From NCBI GenBank assembly GCA_015063535.1, contig SVTY01000004.1:58343-122342 (forward strand): DNA of 64,000 nt, in the 5' to 3' direction. Within the stretch, counting starts at the first letter, position 1. Every line of letters begins with the position of its first letter. Origin of the DNA: Oscillospiraceae bacterium (lineage in GTDB: Bacteria; Bacillota; Clostridia; Oscillospirales; CAG-272). Position numbers and translations under genes: made by a program. Below, in pieces: positions 37,181-47,015 of this stretch. The notes under the pieces are model-generated. The model had not been told where the DNA came from and did not search any database. It saw only the letters and a program-made list of their open reading frames with translations.

Positions 37181-39250
37181 CTAATTTTTTTCTTCAAAAT
37201 ACGTGTCGATGGCTTGCAGAAGCATTTGCTCCGCTTCCTTCAGCTCACTTTCGGTAATGGCGGCACCCGCCACGTCAAAGTGTCCGCCTCCTCCGATCTT
37301 TTCCAAGATCAATTGTACATTGATGCTTCCGTCGGAGCGTGCCGAGATGTGTACGACATTGCCCATGCGGATCAGCGCAAAGGCGGCATGAACATTGCGG
37401 ACGGTCAACAGCTTATCCGCCGCCTTTGCTGCGGCGATTCGTCCGCTGCCGCTTTCGCCGCCCTCAATAGAGGTAATGGCGATCCGCTCCCGATAGATCT
37501 TTGCCTCGGAGCCAAACTGCGCCTCTGCCCGATAATCCTCAAACGCCTCTTCAAAAAAGGTTCTGGCGTATTCGGGGCTGGCACCTGCGCCTCGCAGATA
37601 CAAGGCAGCCGCAAAGGTACGGGTACCCACGGTACGGGTAAAGTTTTTGGTATCGACCATGATTCCCGCCATCATCAGATTTGCCTCCTCCTTGCGGAGA
37701 ACACCCGCCGGCAGACTCTGCTCCAAAATTTCGGAGATCAGCTCACAGGCAGAGGAGGCGGAGGGGTCGATATAGGTCAGCTGAGGCTCATTCTCAAACT
37801 CTTCTTTTTTGATATGGTGGTCAATGACTGCTGTTTTAAAGGAGTGATCGGCAATTTCGGGAGCCTCCAAAATCGAGAAGTTGTTGGCATCTACGATGAT
37901 CAACAGGGTTCCAAAGGAGCTTTCTCCCAACCCCACAACGCCATCCACAAACATGCTTTTATAATCGTCAAGCTCACAAAGACGTCCCGTGCAGGCACGA
38001 AAGTTATCGCATTCGGTATCAGTGACCACTTTTACATCCACGCCCAGATGCAGACAAAGAGCTGCAATTCCCACGCAAGCTCCGATAGAGTCAAAGTCGG
38101 GATTGCTGTGCCCCATAACGATGACATTGGAGGAGCCGGAGATCATGGAGCAAAGACGACCCGCAATAATACGGGAATGTCCCCGTGTTCGCTTTTGCTG
38201 ACTTTTTGTTCGTCCGCCGAAATAGTCGTTTCCTTTTTCATTTTTTAGCACCACCTGGTCACCGCCCCGCTGTAGAGCCATATCCAAAGCGACCAAGGCA
38301 TCCCGCTCCCGACCCGCCAAGGTGTCGGAGGTGGTGGCAATTCCCATGGAGACCGTGACGGGCATATTGTCCTCGCCGATCCGAACCTCTCGAATGGTAT
38401 CCAAGATCTCAAATTTGTTTTTGATACAGGTGGACAGCATCTGACGGGTGAACAGAAGCACATATTTATTGCGGTCGTATTCCCGAAGAACTCCGCCCAT
38501 GGAGGCTGCCCATTCCTTTAGAATGGTCTCCACTTGATGCGCTTCGGACTGATAGCTGACCTGAACGTACTGGGCGATCTCCTCCAGATTGTCCAAAACG
38601 ATATATCCGATGGCGGTTAGCTCATCGTGGTATCGTTCCGAGATCTCGGTCAGCTCGGTAACATCCCGAAATACCAGCATATAATAAGGCTTTCCTTTGG
38701 ATTGCAAGGGGTGGCAGTCCACCTGATACAGCCCGTTGCCAAGATGTGCGACCAAGGGCTTTGGTACGGCACTCGACTGTTCCTGCGCAGGATCCTCCTC
38801 TGCGGCAGGGAGAAAGGAAACAGCGGTATCCACGATCTTTTCCATGGAATGTCCGCAGAGTGTGGCGATATCGGTATTAAATACAGATTCCTGTAGGTCT
38901 GCTGCTTGCCGCATAGCAGCATTGACGGTCACGATCTTCCCTGTTTCCGTGACGACGGCGTAGGGAACCCTCAGATGATTTCGAAAGGCATAGATCACGC
39001 TGTGATTTTGTTCCTCAGAGGCATCCGATTCGATCTTGTATTGCTTGATCTGACGGCTGCTGAAGCCCCGAATAATCAGCGCAAGCAGACCGTACAGCAC
39101 GATCATGGTCAATCCGACGATGGCAGGATCGGCGCCGGTGTAGGTACAGATCGCCACGTGGATCGCCAAAGCAAGGATCGCAAAGAGTACATACAGACGG
39201 GAGGAAAGCGACTCCGAGCGTCGGAACAGATCCGAATTTTTGTTGGACAT
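37181..39250 (-). CDS. gdpP: c-di-AMP phosphodiesterase (PAS, GGDEF-like, DHH/DHHA1)
   Basis: Two TMs, ALQRGGDQ, GHSNPDFD, IDHH, GGGGH; upstream of rplI-dnaB. Confidence 0.92.
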   Translation of the reverse strand: MSNKNSDLFRRSESLSSRLYVLFAILALAIHVAICTYTGADPAIVGLTMIVLYGLLALIIRGFSSRQIKQYKIESDASEEQNHSVIYAFRNHLRVPYAVVTETGKIVTVNAAMRQAADLQESVFNTDIATLCGHSMEKIVDTAVSFLPAAEEDPAQEQSSAVPKPLVAHLGNGLYQVDCHPLQSKGKPYYMLVFRDVTELTEISERYHDELTAIGYIVLDNLEEIAQYVQVSYQSEAHQVETILKEWAASMGGVLREYDRNKYVLLFTRQMLSTCIKNKFEILDTIREVRIGEDNMPVTVSMGIATTSDTLAGRERDALVALDMALQRGGDQVVLKNEKGNDYFGGRTKSQQKRTRGHSRIIAGRLCSMISGSSNVIVMGHSNPDFDSIGACVGIAALCLHLGVDVKVVTDTECDNFRACTGRLCELDDYKSMFVDGVVGLGESSFGTLLIIVDANNFSILEAPEIADHSFKTAVIDHHIKKEEFENEPQLTYIDPSASSACELISEILEQSLPAGVLRKEEANLMMAGIMVDTKNFTRTVGTRTFAAALYLRGAGASPEYARTFFEEAFEDYRAEAQFGSEAKIYRERIAITSIEGGESGSGRIAAAKAADKLLTVRNVHAAFALIRMGNVVHISARSDGSINVQLILEKIGGGGHFDVAGAAITESELKEAEQMLLQAIDTYFEEKN

Positions 39251-39292
39251 AATGAGTCATCCTTTCATAACTTGATACAAGACATGATCCGA

Positions 39293-40492
39293 TCAGGTCT
39301 TTTTTTGGGCAAGATAGCGGCGGATGCTTCCCACAAGGATCACCGTAGCACCAAAGGCGGCGATGAGCGGAAGCATGAGCGTTGGAATAGTAACGGTCAA
39401 CAACAGGATCAACAAGTATAAGATCACCGACAGGCATGAGGGGGCACGGGTCAGCAAAAGTGTCTGAATGGCGATCCAAGCGGTGACCAGCATACCGGGA
39501 ACCAAGCAAAGACAAAGGTTCCCCGCAACGGTACCGTACAGTGCGGTTTTTTCGGAGGCAAGCATCCAAGAGAGAAAGAGTGCCAAAAAATACACAATGG
39601 CAGAGAGCCAGCTCATGTCAAAGGACATCATGCGTGCGGCTTTCTGAGGAGGCAGACCTACCGCCAAAGCGACCCGCATGACGGCGGTGTGCAGGATCCA
39701 ACCGAACAGACAGCAAAGCACCACCGGCAGGGCGGGGAGATAATTGATCACCGTGTTGACGGTCTGCTCAGCATAGCTTACGGAATCTATATTGTGACTC
39801 ACCGTTTCTCCAATCTGCTCCAAAGAGGCACTCAGTGCCCCGATGGCACCCAACCGAACTTCTTCGATCAGCTCCTTTAGGATAGACAGATTCAAGTTGC
39901 CGTACAAACGGAGGATCCCCACCGCTAAGGAAATGGCAATGACACCGCCCAAGATCAGAGCGATCCGACAGATCGAAGACACTCTTGCCTGTTCCTTCTG
40001 AAGCAAATATGCCGTGACCCACCCGCAGGGGAAGGAGATCAGACAAAGTGCCGCCGAAAAGGGAGAGTGCAGGATGCCGAAGGAAAGTCCGTATGCGGCA
40101 AGGGGTAGAAGAAAGAGCCAAAAGGCGGGCTTGCAAAGAAAAAGCTTGGCAAGTGCGCTGACCGAGGTAATGAGTGCCCCCAGCAAAGCCGCAAGAAGCG
40201 GACTGTCAAACAAAAAGGCAACGACAAGCAAGGTCAGCGTATGTCCCAGTGCGGCGGAAAAGGAGCCGAGCATCCGTGTCTGCGCCGCAATGCTGAGCAA
40301 AAGAACTGTTCCCGCACACACGAAACGAACAAGCTCGGACATCGGTAACAGGGGAAGAACGGGAAGAAAGACCGATCCCGCTATATAAAATAAACAGAGC
40401 AGCAGAAGATCTGCCGCCGAAAGTCGGATCTCCTTGTAGTCGAATACAGCTTGTTCTGCATCGGTCGCAGAAAATGAGTGGGCTTGTTTCAC
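39293..40492 (-). CDS. Polytopic membrane protein, YybS/DUF2232-like
   Basis: Many TM segments; position upstream of gdpP-rplI-dnaB; GTG start. Confidence 0.65.
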   Translation of the reverse strand: MKQAHSFSATDAEQAVFDYKEIRLSAADLLLLCLFYIAGSVFLPVLPLLPMSELVRFVCAGTVLLLSIAAQTRMLGSFSAALGHTLTLLVVAFLFDSPLLAALLGALITSVSALAKLFLCKPAFWLFLLPLAAYGLSFGILHSPFSAALCLISFPCGWVTAYLLQKEQARVSSICRIALILGGVIAISLAVGILRLYGNLNLSILKELIEEVRLGAIGALSASLEQIGETVSHNIDSVSYAEQTVNTVINYLPALPVVLCCLFGWILHTAVMRVALAVGLPPQKAARMMSFDMSWLSAIVYFLALFLSWMLASEKTALYGTVAGNLCLCLVPGMLVTAWIAIQTLLLTRAPSCLSVILYLLILLLTVTIPTLMLPLIAAFGATVILVGSIRRYLAQKKT

Positions 40493-40597
40493 GGTTACCT
40501 CATAAGCATATGCACATGCCGAAATCGGGCATCTCCAAGATCTCTTGGAGAGCGAATTTCGGCATGCCGAAAATGGGAATTATTACCCTATTATATA

Positions 40598-40626
40598 ATT
40601 ATACCATAAAAAGCTCTCTTTGTAAA
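40598..40626 (-). promoter_or_regulatory. Sigma-A promoter of the yybS-gdpP-rplI-dnaB operon
   Basis: Minus strand TTTACA, 17 bp, TGgTATAAT. Confidence 0.7.
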
Positions 40627-40751
40627 CAGGAAAACAGAATTTTTCAAACTTTTTCCTCATTCTTTTCGGAACAAAAACAGGTGTTTGCCGCTGCCTGATC
40701 AAAAAGAATGAGGAAATCATGAAAAAATTTCAAAAAAATATAAAAAAGCCC

Positions 40752-40780
40752 TTGCAATCCGTTAAAAAGTGTGATATAAT
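40752..40780 (+). promoter_or_regulatory. Sigma-A promoter of the rimP operon
   Basis: TTGCAA, 17 bp, TGaTATAAT. Confidence 0.8.
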
Positions 40781-40793
40781 ATCATGGACGATG

Positions 40794-40819
40794 AGAGTGG
40801 GTTTGAAAGAACCCACTCT
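40794..40819 (+). promoter_or_regulatory. rimP leader hairpin
   Basis: agagtgggtt/aacccactct stem, the GAGTGGG...CCCACTC leader typical upstream of Firmicute rimP. Confidence 0.7.
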
Positions 40820-40862
40820 TACTTGTTAATTTTTGCCGACAAGACTCGGCACGGAGGTACAA

Positions 40863-41330
40863 ATGGCAAAGGGCATGAGTGTTGCCGAAACGGTCAGAGG
40901 CTTGGCAGAGCCTATCGCCGAGTCGATCGGCTGTTGGCTTTGGGATGTGGAATATGTCAAGGAGGGTGCCAGACGGATCCTGCGGATCACCATTGATTCG
41001 GAGGAGGGCGTAACCATCGACGATTGCGAACGGATGCACCGTGCGATCGACCCCGTTTTGGATGAAGCAGATCCCATCGAGGAGCAATATTATCTGGAGG
41101 TCTCCTCCCCCGGCATCGAACGGGAGCTGAAAACCGAGGAGCATATTCTCGCCTGTGAGGGGTGGGATGTAGAGGTGCGGCTGTATGCTCCCTTGAACGG
41201 CTCCAAGCTGTTTCGGGGTGTGCTGATGGAGCCCGCCGAGAACGGAGATATCCGCATCGAGGCATCGGGAGCGGTGATGACCTTCCCCCGCAATACGGTT
41301 GCCAAGCTGCAAACCTACTTTGAATTATAA
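40863..41330 (+). CDS. rimP: Ribosome maturation factor RimP
   Basis: GVTIDDCE, YYLEVSSPGIER. Confidence 0.96.
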   Translation: MAKGMSVAETVRGLAEPIAESIGCWLWDVEYVKEGARRILRITIDSEEGVTIDDCERMHRAIDPVLDEADPIEEQYYLEVSSPGIERELKTEEHILACEGWDVEVRLYAPLNGSKLFRGVLMEPAENGDIRIEASGAVMTFPRNTVAKLQTYFEL

Positions 41331-41371
41331 TTTTTGTCAAACATGAAAAACATAAAGGATGGATGCTTAAA

Positions 41372-42397
41372 ATGAACAAGGAATTTTTTGTTGCTTTGGA
41401 TCTTTTGGAAAAGGAAAAGGGAATACCCAAGGAATATATGCTGGAGAAGATCGAAGCGGCGTTGCTTTCCGCTGTGAAAAAGGAATACGGAGCCAATACG
41501 CTGATGCGCGTGGTCATTGACCCCGTCAAGGAGGATGTCAGGGTGTACCAGCAAAAGGAAGTGGTTGAGGAGGTCACCAATCCCCAGTGTCAGATCTCGT
41601 TGGAGGATGCCAAGGCGATCAGCAAGCGGAATACCTTGGGAAAAATGGTAGAGACCGAATTAAAGACCAAAAATTTCAGACGTCTGAGTGCCGCCGCCGC
41701 CAAGTCCGTGATCATTCAGGGCATTCGCGAGGGCGAGCGCAAGGTCATGCAGGAGGCGTATGAGAGCAAGCGGGAGGAGATCATTACCGCTACCGTCAGC
41801 AAGGTGGATTCTGTCACGGGCAACGTGATACTGGAGACCGACAACGGCCGTGCCGTGTTGCTGAAGGGCGAGCAGATCCCCGGTGAATATTTCTATGTCG
41901 GTCAGAAGGTCAAGGTCTTTGTGATGGAAGTCAATAAAGAGAGCAAGGGACCGCTTGTTACACTGTCTCGGATCCACCCCGGACTGGTTCGTCGGATGTT
42001 TGAGCTGGAGGTTCCCGAGATTCAGGACGGTATCGTGCTGGTTAAGGGTGTTTCCCGTGAGGCAGGCTCCCGAACCAAGATCGCCGTATGGTCGAGAGAT
42101 GAGGATGTGGATGCCGTCGGTGCCTGCATCGGAAATCACGGCATGCGTATTTCCGGTATTGTAGAGGAGCTTGGCGGAGAGAAGATCGACATCGTCAAGT
42201 ATAGCGAGGTTCCCGAGGAGTTTGTCGCCGCCGCCTTGGCTCCCGCCGAGGTCAGATCGGTCACCTTTACCGCCGAGCGTGCCTGCCGTGTCGTTGTGGA
42301 TGCGGATCAGCTTTCCTTGGCGATCGGCAAAGAGGGACAAAACGCCCGTCTTGCCGCACGGCTGACCGGAATGAAGATCGACATCAAATCCGAATAA
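41372..42397 (+). CDS. nusA: Transcription factor NusA
   Basis: REAGSRTKIAV, LSLAIGKEGQNARLAARLTG. Confidence 0.97.
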   Translation: MNKEFFVALDLLEKEKGIPKEYMLEKIEAALLSAVKKEYGANTLMRVVIDPVKEDVRVYQQKEVVEEVTNPQCQISLEDAKAISKRNTLGKMVETELKTKNFRRLSAAAAKSVIIQGIREGERKVMQEAYESKREEIITATVSKVDSVTGNVILETDNGRAVLLKGEQIPGEYFYVGQKVKVFVMEVNKESKGPLVTLSRIHPGLVRRMFELEVPEIQDGIVLVKGVSREAGSRTKIAVWSRDEDVDAVGACIGNHGMRISGIVEELGGEKIDIVKYSEVPEEFVAAALAPAEVRSVTFTAERACRVVVDADQLSLAIGKEGQNARLAARLTGMKIDIKSE

Positions 42398-42416
42398 TGC
42401 CTCAAGGGAGGAAGGT

Positions 42417-42695
42417 ATGCAACCGCAAAAGGTAAGAAAGATTCCGCAACGGCAGTGCCTTGGATGTAACGAGCACAAGCCAAAAAAGGAGCTTCTTCGG
42501 GTGGTGAGAAGTCCCGAGGGAGAGATCTCCTTGGATTTCACGGGCAAAAAATCGGGAAGAGGCGCATACATCTGCCCCGATCTTCGTTGCCTGAAAAAAG
42601 CGAGAAAATCCCGTCGGATCGACCGCAGTCTGGATTGCACGGTTCCCGATGAGGTGTACGATCAAATGGAAAGCGAGCTTGCCGCACATGAATGA
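42417..42695 (+). CDS. ylxR: YlxR (RnpM) RNA-binding protein
   Basis: PQRQCLGC...KKELLRVVR...GRGAYIC. Confidence 0.93.
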   Translation: MQPQKVRKIPQRQCLGCNEHKPKKELLRVVRSPEGEISLDFTGKKSGRGAYICPDLRCLKKARKSRRIDRSLDCTVPDEVYDQMESELAAHE

Positions 42696-43020
42696 AGCAG
42701 AGAGCGGCAACGAAAAAAAACTGCTTGCCTCCTTGGGACTTTGTGTTCGGGCGGGCAAGGTGATCTTCGGGGTTCCGATGATCTGCGAGGCGATGCGTCG
42801 AGGCGGAGCGGGTACTCCCGTTACCGTGTTTGAGGCATCGGACACCTCGGAAAATACAAAAAAACGAATCCGTGATAAATGCAGTTATTACGGAATCAAG
42901 CACATCACGCTCCGCATCGACGGTACGGTTCTTGCGGCGGCGTTGGGAAAAAGCGCATCCCTTGGTGCCGTTGCCGTAACGGATCGACGGATGAGCGACA
43001 TGGTAGAACAATATCTTTGA
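42688..43020 (+). CDS. L7Ae-family protein (YlxQ-like)
   Basis: LGLCVRAGKVIFG, ASDTSENTKKR; position in the nusA-infB operon. Confidence 0.85.
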   Translation: MNEAESGNEKKLLASLGLCVRAGKVIFGVPMICEAMRRGGAGTPVTVFEASDTSENTKKRIRDKCSYYGIKHITLRIDGTVLAAALGKSASLGAVAVTDRRMSDMVEQYL

Positions 43021-43109
43021 GTACGGATCGCTGTGACAGTCCGAGCTCAAACCTTTAAAACCAATCGAAAGGAAGTCCTTCGCCGACCACGGAGGACACG
43101 GTATGAAGT

Positions 43110-45977
43110 ATGGCAGCAAATCAAGTATCCAATTCGCTATTAAAGGTGACGCAGTTTGCCAAGGATCTGAATATGAAAACAAAGGATGTTGTGGCGATCT
43201 TGGAGGAAAAGGGGGTTGCGGTCAAATCGCAAAAGCCCATGGATCCGAGTGAGTTCGAGCTGTTGTTTGAAGCACTGACCAAAGCGAATCAGATCACCAA
43301 TATCGAAGACTATCTGGATGGGGTGACCTATATTCCGTCCAAGAAAAAGGCGGCAAGCACCGCAAAGGCTGCCAAAACGGAAGCATCGGCAGAGGAAGCA
43401 AAAGAGGCAAAGGGTGAAGCGACTCCTTCGGAAACGGCTGAGCCCAAGGAGACCGTAGCTCCGACCGCCAAGGAGGAAACACCTGCTCCCGTTCAGAAAC
43501 AGGAAACAAAGAGCGAGCCGACAGAGAAGAAGGAAACGCCCAAACAGGCAGAAAAGCGTGAGCCTGCGGTGAAAAAGAACGATGCGCCTTCTGCGGCGGT
43601 AAGTAAAGCACAGACGGCTCCCAGACCTCAAGGGACAGATATAAAAGTCCAAGAAACCGGTGTGCGGAGTGGCGATCGCCCTGCGCAAAACGGCTTCCGC
43701 CAAGGACAAAAGGACGGATATGCCCCCCGTCAGGGTAGCTATGACAGAGGGACGACGAGACCCGAAACAAGAGGAGCGCAGTCGGGCGGCTTCGGTCAAA
43801 AGCCACAGAATGACCGCTTCTCCAATCCCTTCGGCGGACAGCAGAGACCCATGGGCGGGTCGCAAAGACCGCAGGGACAAGGACAAAAGAACGACCGCTT
43901 CGGCGGCGGACAGTTCCGTGATAAGGACGAAGGAGGACGCAGAGGGCCCGTTACCTCCTTTAAGCCTCAGGTCATCGTCCGCAGTCAGACTGCCAAGGGC
44001 GACGAGGCACCCAAGCAGAGAGGGGCTACCCGTGTGGTGGATATGCGGGCAGGAACGGTGGATCTTTCCAAGTACGATGAGCGCTTGGATACCTTTATTC
44101 CCGATTCTGTCGGCGATGTCCGAGGCGGCAACCAAAAGGTAAAAAAGCAGGCGGGCAACCGTCCGATGCCGAATGGTAAAAACAATAAGCTCAATAAGGG
44201 TAAAAAGAGCACCCAGCCCGTAACCAAGGCACCCACCAGCGTAACACTTCCCGAGGAGATCATGGTCAGCGATCTGGCTTCCCGCCTGAAGGTTACGGCG
44301 GCAGAGGTCGTCAAGCGTCTCATGATGCTCGGTATGATGGTGACCGTCAATCAGACGGTGGACTATGATACGGCGGCGATCGTTGCCGAGGAAATGGGCA
44401 TTTCGGCTACCAAGGAGGTGGTCGTCACCATTGAGGAACGCCTGTTTGAGGAAGAAGAGGACAGCGAGGAGAACCTGATCCCCAGAGCGCCCGTTGTCTG
44501 TGTCATGGGTCACGTTGACCACGGAAAGACCTCCATTTTGGATGCCATTCGTCATACCCGAGTTACTTCGGGCGAGGCAGGCGGTATCACTCAGCATATC
44601 GGCGCATACCGTGTGAAGGTCAACGGACAGGATATTACCTTCTTGGATACCCCCGGACATGAAGCCTTTACCGCAATGCGTGCCAGAGGTGCGCAGGCGA
44701 CCGATATTGCCATCCTTGTAGTGGCGGCGGATGACGGCATTATGCCGCAGACCATCGAAGCCATCAACCACGCCAAGGCGGCAGGCATTGACATCGTGGT
44801 CGCTATCAATAAAATGGATAAACCCACCGCCAACCCCGATCAGGTCAAGCAGGAGCTGACCAAGTACGACTTGGTTCCCGAGGAATGGGGCGGAGACGTG
44901 ATCTGCGTTCCCGTATCGGCACTGACGGGTCAGGGAATCGACGATCTGTTGGAAAACGTCTTGCTGGTTGCCGAGGTCAAGGAACTGAAGGCAAATCCCA
45001 AGCGCCGTGCCAAGGGTATCGTCATTGAGGCAAAGCTGGATCGTGGCAGAGGTCCCGTGGCAACGGTGCTGGTTCAGAACGGTACGTTGCATAACGGAGA
45101 TATCGTAATTGCGGGAACATCGGTCGGACGTGTCCGTGCCATGACCGACGATAAGGGCAGAAATCTGAAGGACGCAGGGCCTTCGGTTCCTGTGGAGATC
45201 ATCGGTCTTGCCGAGGTTCCTTCCTCAGGCGATGAGTTCAATGCCGTAGAGGATGAAAGAATGGCAAGAACTCTTGCCGATCAGAGACGTGAAACGGCAA
45301 AGGAAGAGGTGTTCAAGGCAAATGCCAGAGCCAACCTCAACGACCTGTTCGCTCAGATCTCTGAGGGTGTCAAGGAGCTTAATATCATCGTCAAGGCAGA
45401 CGTGGGCGGCTCTGCCGAGGCTGTCAAGCAGTCTTTGGAAAAGATCTCCAACGAGGAGGTCAAGGTTCGCGTCATCCATGCGGCGGCAGGCGGTATCCGA
45501 GAGGGAGACGTTATGCTGGCGGCGGCATCCAATGCCATCATCGTCGGATTCAACGTCCGTCCCGATAAGGGTGCCATCGACAGTGCCGAGCGGCAGAACG
45601 TGGAAATTCGTACCTACCGTGTCATCTACGATTGTATCAACGAGATCACCGATGCCATGAAGGGTATGCTTGCGCCCGAATATCGGGAGAATCTGCTGGG
45701 ACACGCTGAGGTCAGACAGACCATCCATGTACCCAATGTGGGAACCATTGCCGGTTCTTACGTTCAGGACGGTAAGGTGGCACGCTCCGCAATGATCCGT
45801 GTCGTTCGTGACGGAATCGTGATCTTTGAGGATAAGATCTCCTCCTTGAAGCGATTCAAGGACGATGCCAAGGAAGTGGCACAGGGCTACGAATGCGGTA
45901 TCGGTTTGGAACGCTTCAACGATATCAAGGTAGGCGATATTCTCGAAGCCTATGTGATGGAAGAGATCGAACGGTAA
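43110..45977 (+). CDS. infB: Translation initiation factor IF-2
   Basis: [28 protein letters not shown]. Confidence 0.99.
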   Translation: MAANQVSNSLLKVTQFAKDLNMKTKDVVAILEEKGVAVKSQKPMDPSEFELLFEALTKANQITNIEDYLDGVTYIPSKKKAASTAKAAKTEASAEEAKEAKGEATPSETAEPKETVAPTAKEETPAPVQKQETKSEPTEKKETPKQAEKREPAVKKNDAPSAAVSKAQTAPRPQGTDIKVQETGVRSGDRPAQNGFRQGQKDGYAPRQGSYDRGTTRPETRGAQSGGFGQKPQNDRFSNPFGGQQRPMGGSQRPQGQGQKNDRFGGGQFRDKDEGGRRGPVTSFKPQVIVRSQTAKGDEAPKQRGATRVVDMRAGTVDLSKYDERLDTFIPDSVGDVRGGNQKVKKQAGNRPMPNGKNNKLNKGKKSTQPVTKAPTSVTLPEEIMVSDLASRLKVTAAEVVKRLMMLGMMVTVNQTVDYDTAAIVAEEMGISATKEVVVTIEERLFEEEEDSEENLIPRAPVVCVMGHVDHGKTSILDAIRHTRVTSGEAGGITQHIGAYRVKVNGQDITFLDTPGHEAFTAMRARGAQATDIAILVVAADDGIMPQTIEAINHAKAAGIDIVVAINKMDKPTANPDQVKQELTKYDLVPEEWGGDVICVPVSALTGQGIDDLLENVLLVAEVKELKANPKRRAKGIVIEAKLDRGRGPVATVLVQNGTLHNGDIVIAGTSVGRVRAMTDDKGRNLKDAGPSVPVEIIGLAEVPSSGDEFNAVEDERMARTLADQRRETAKEEVFKANARANLNDLFAQISEGVKELNIIVKADVGGSAEAVKQSLEKISNEEVKVRVIHAAAGGIREGDVMLAAASNAIIVGFNVRPDKGAIDSAERQNVEIRTYRVIYDCINEITDAMKGMLAPEYRENLLGHAEVRQTIHVPNVGTIAGSYVQDGKVARSAMIRVVRDGIVIFEDKISSLKRFKDDAKEVAQGYECGIGLERFNDIKVGDILEAYVMEEIER

Positions 45978-45991
45978 TACGAAACCAAAAT

Positions 45992-46030
45992 AAAAAGGGA
46001 AAAATTTCGAAACGAAATTTTTCCCTTTTT
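45992..46030. terminator. Bidirectional terminator
   Basis: 18-bp perfect inverted repeat aaaaagggaaaaatttcg/cgaaatttttcccttttt. Confidence 0.85.
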
Positions 46031-46034
46031 CTGT

Positions 46035-46235
46035 TCAGTTGCTCCGTCCTACCAGATAATCCAATGTCACATGGTAATAATCCGCCAGTTGGATCGCCGC
46101 CCATAACGGCAATTCTCGCTCACCCCGCTCATAGCGTTGATAAACCGTCAGTTGCATGTGCAACAGTGCCGCAATCTCCTTTTGTGTTTTGTCATGATCT
46201 TCCCGTAGGTCACGCACTCTTTGATAAACAAACAT
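46035..46235 (-). CDS. Small XRE-family HTH regulator
   Basis: RVRDLREDHDKTQKEIAALL...YERGERE...LADYYHVTLDYLVG. Confidence 0.85.
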   Translation of the reverse strand: MFVYQRVRDLREDHDKTQKEIAALLHMQLTVYQRYERGERELPLWAAIQLADYYHVTLDYLVGRSN

Positions 46236-46315
46236 AACTTTTTCCTGCTTTGTTTTCTTTTGGTCCTTTTCTTTTTTAAAAGAAAAGGACATCCCATCCA
46301 TTCTTTCTAATTTTT

Positions 46316-47002
46316 CTAACTTAAGATCTCCTCAATCAACCTCTGCGACTGCACGGCGGCACGGCGGCACAGCTCGGGATAGTCCATGCTTCCCGCCTTG
46401 TCATCCGCATTGTCCGAGATACAGCGGACAACAACAAAGGGGATCTGATTTACATAGCAGACATGACCGACAGCGGCGCCCTCCATTTCGCAGGCGACGG
46501 CATCAAAGGTCTCGTGAATATATTGCTTTTTTTGCGGATCGGCGATAAATTGATCGCCCGAGGCGATCACTCCTTGCACACAGGTCACGCCCAACTGCAC
46601 AGCGGCACGGCAGACAAGATCGCAAAGCGCCTTATCGGCGGGGAGCTGAACGATATTGATCCCCGAGATCAGTCCCACAGGGTCGCCCAAGGGAGAGGTG
46701 TCCATATCATGCTCCACCACGGCGGTGGATACGGCAACATTTAACAATCCCAATTCTTCGCAAAGGGTTCCCGCTACACCCGTGTTGATGATGCGTCCCA
46801 CGCCGTAGCGCAGGATCATGGTCTGTGCGCAGAGGGCGGCAAAGACCTTTCCGATTCCGCATTGCGCCACGACGACCTCCTGCTTGCCGATATAGCCTCT
46901 GACAAATTCCACTCCGCTGACCGTTTCACAGATTGGCTCCTTGACCATTGCCTTCAGCGCATCGGTTTCGATCTGCATAGCACCGATAATTCCTGTAATC
47001 AT
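46316..47002 (-). CDS. mtnN: MTA/SAH nucleosidase
   Basis: GIIGAM, CGIGKV, INTGVAG, CEMEGAA, RCISDNAD. Confidence 0.93.
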   Translation of the reverse strand: MITGIIGAMQIETDALKAMVKEPICETVSGVEFVRGYIGKQEVVVAQCGIGKVFAALCAQTMILRYGVGRIINTGVAGTLCEELGLLNVAVSTAVVEHDMDTSPLGDPVGLISGINIVQLPADKALCDLVCRAAVQLGVTCVQGVIASGDQFIADPQKKQYIHETFDAVACEMEGAAVGHVCYVNQIPFVVVRCISDNADDKAGSMDYPELCRRAAVQSQRLIEEILS

Positions 47003-47015
47003 AGCTTCTCTCCTT

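Noticed and set aside
45977-46030. Absence of rbfA/truB after infB
   Set aside because: Operon splits like this are common and the genes may lie elsewhere; nothing further can be supported from this window.
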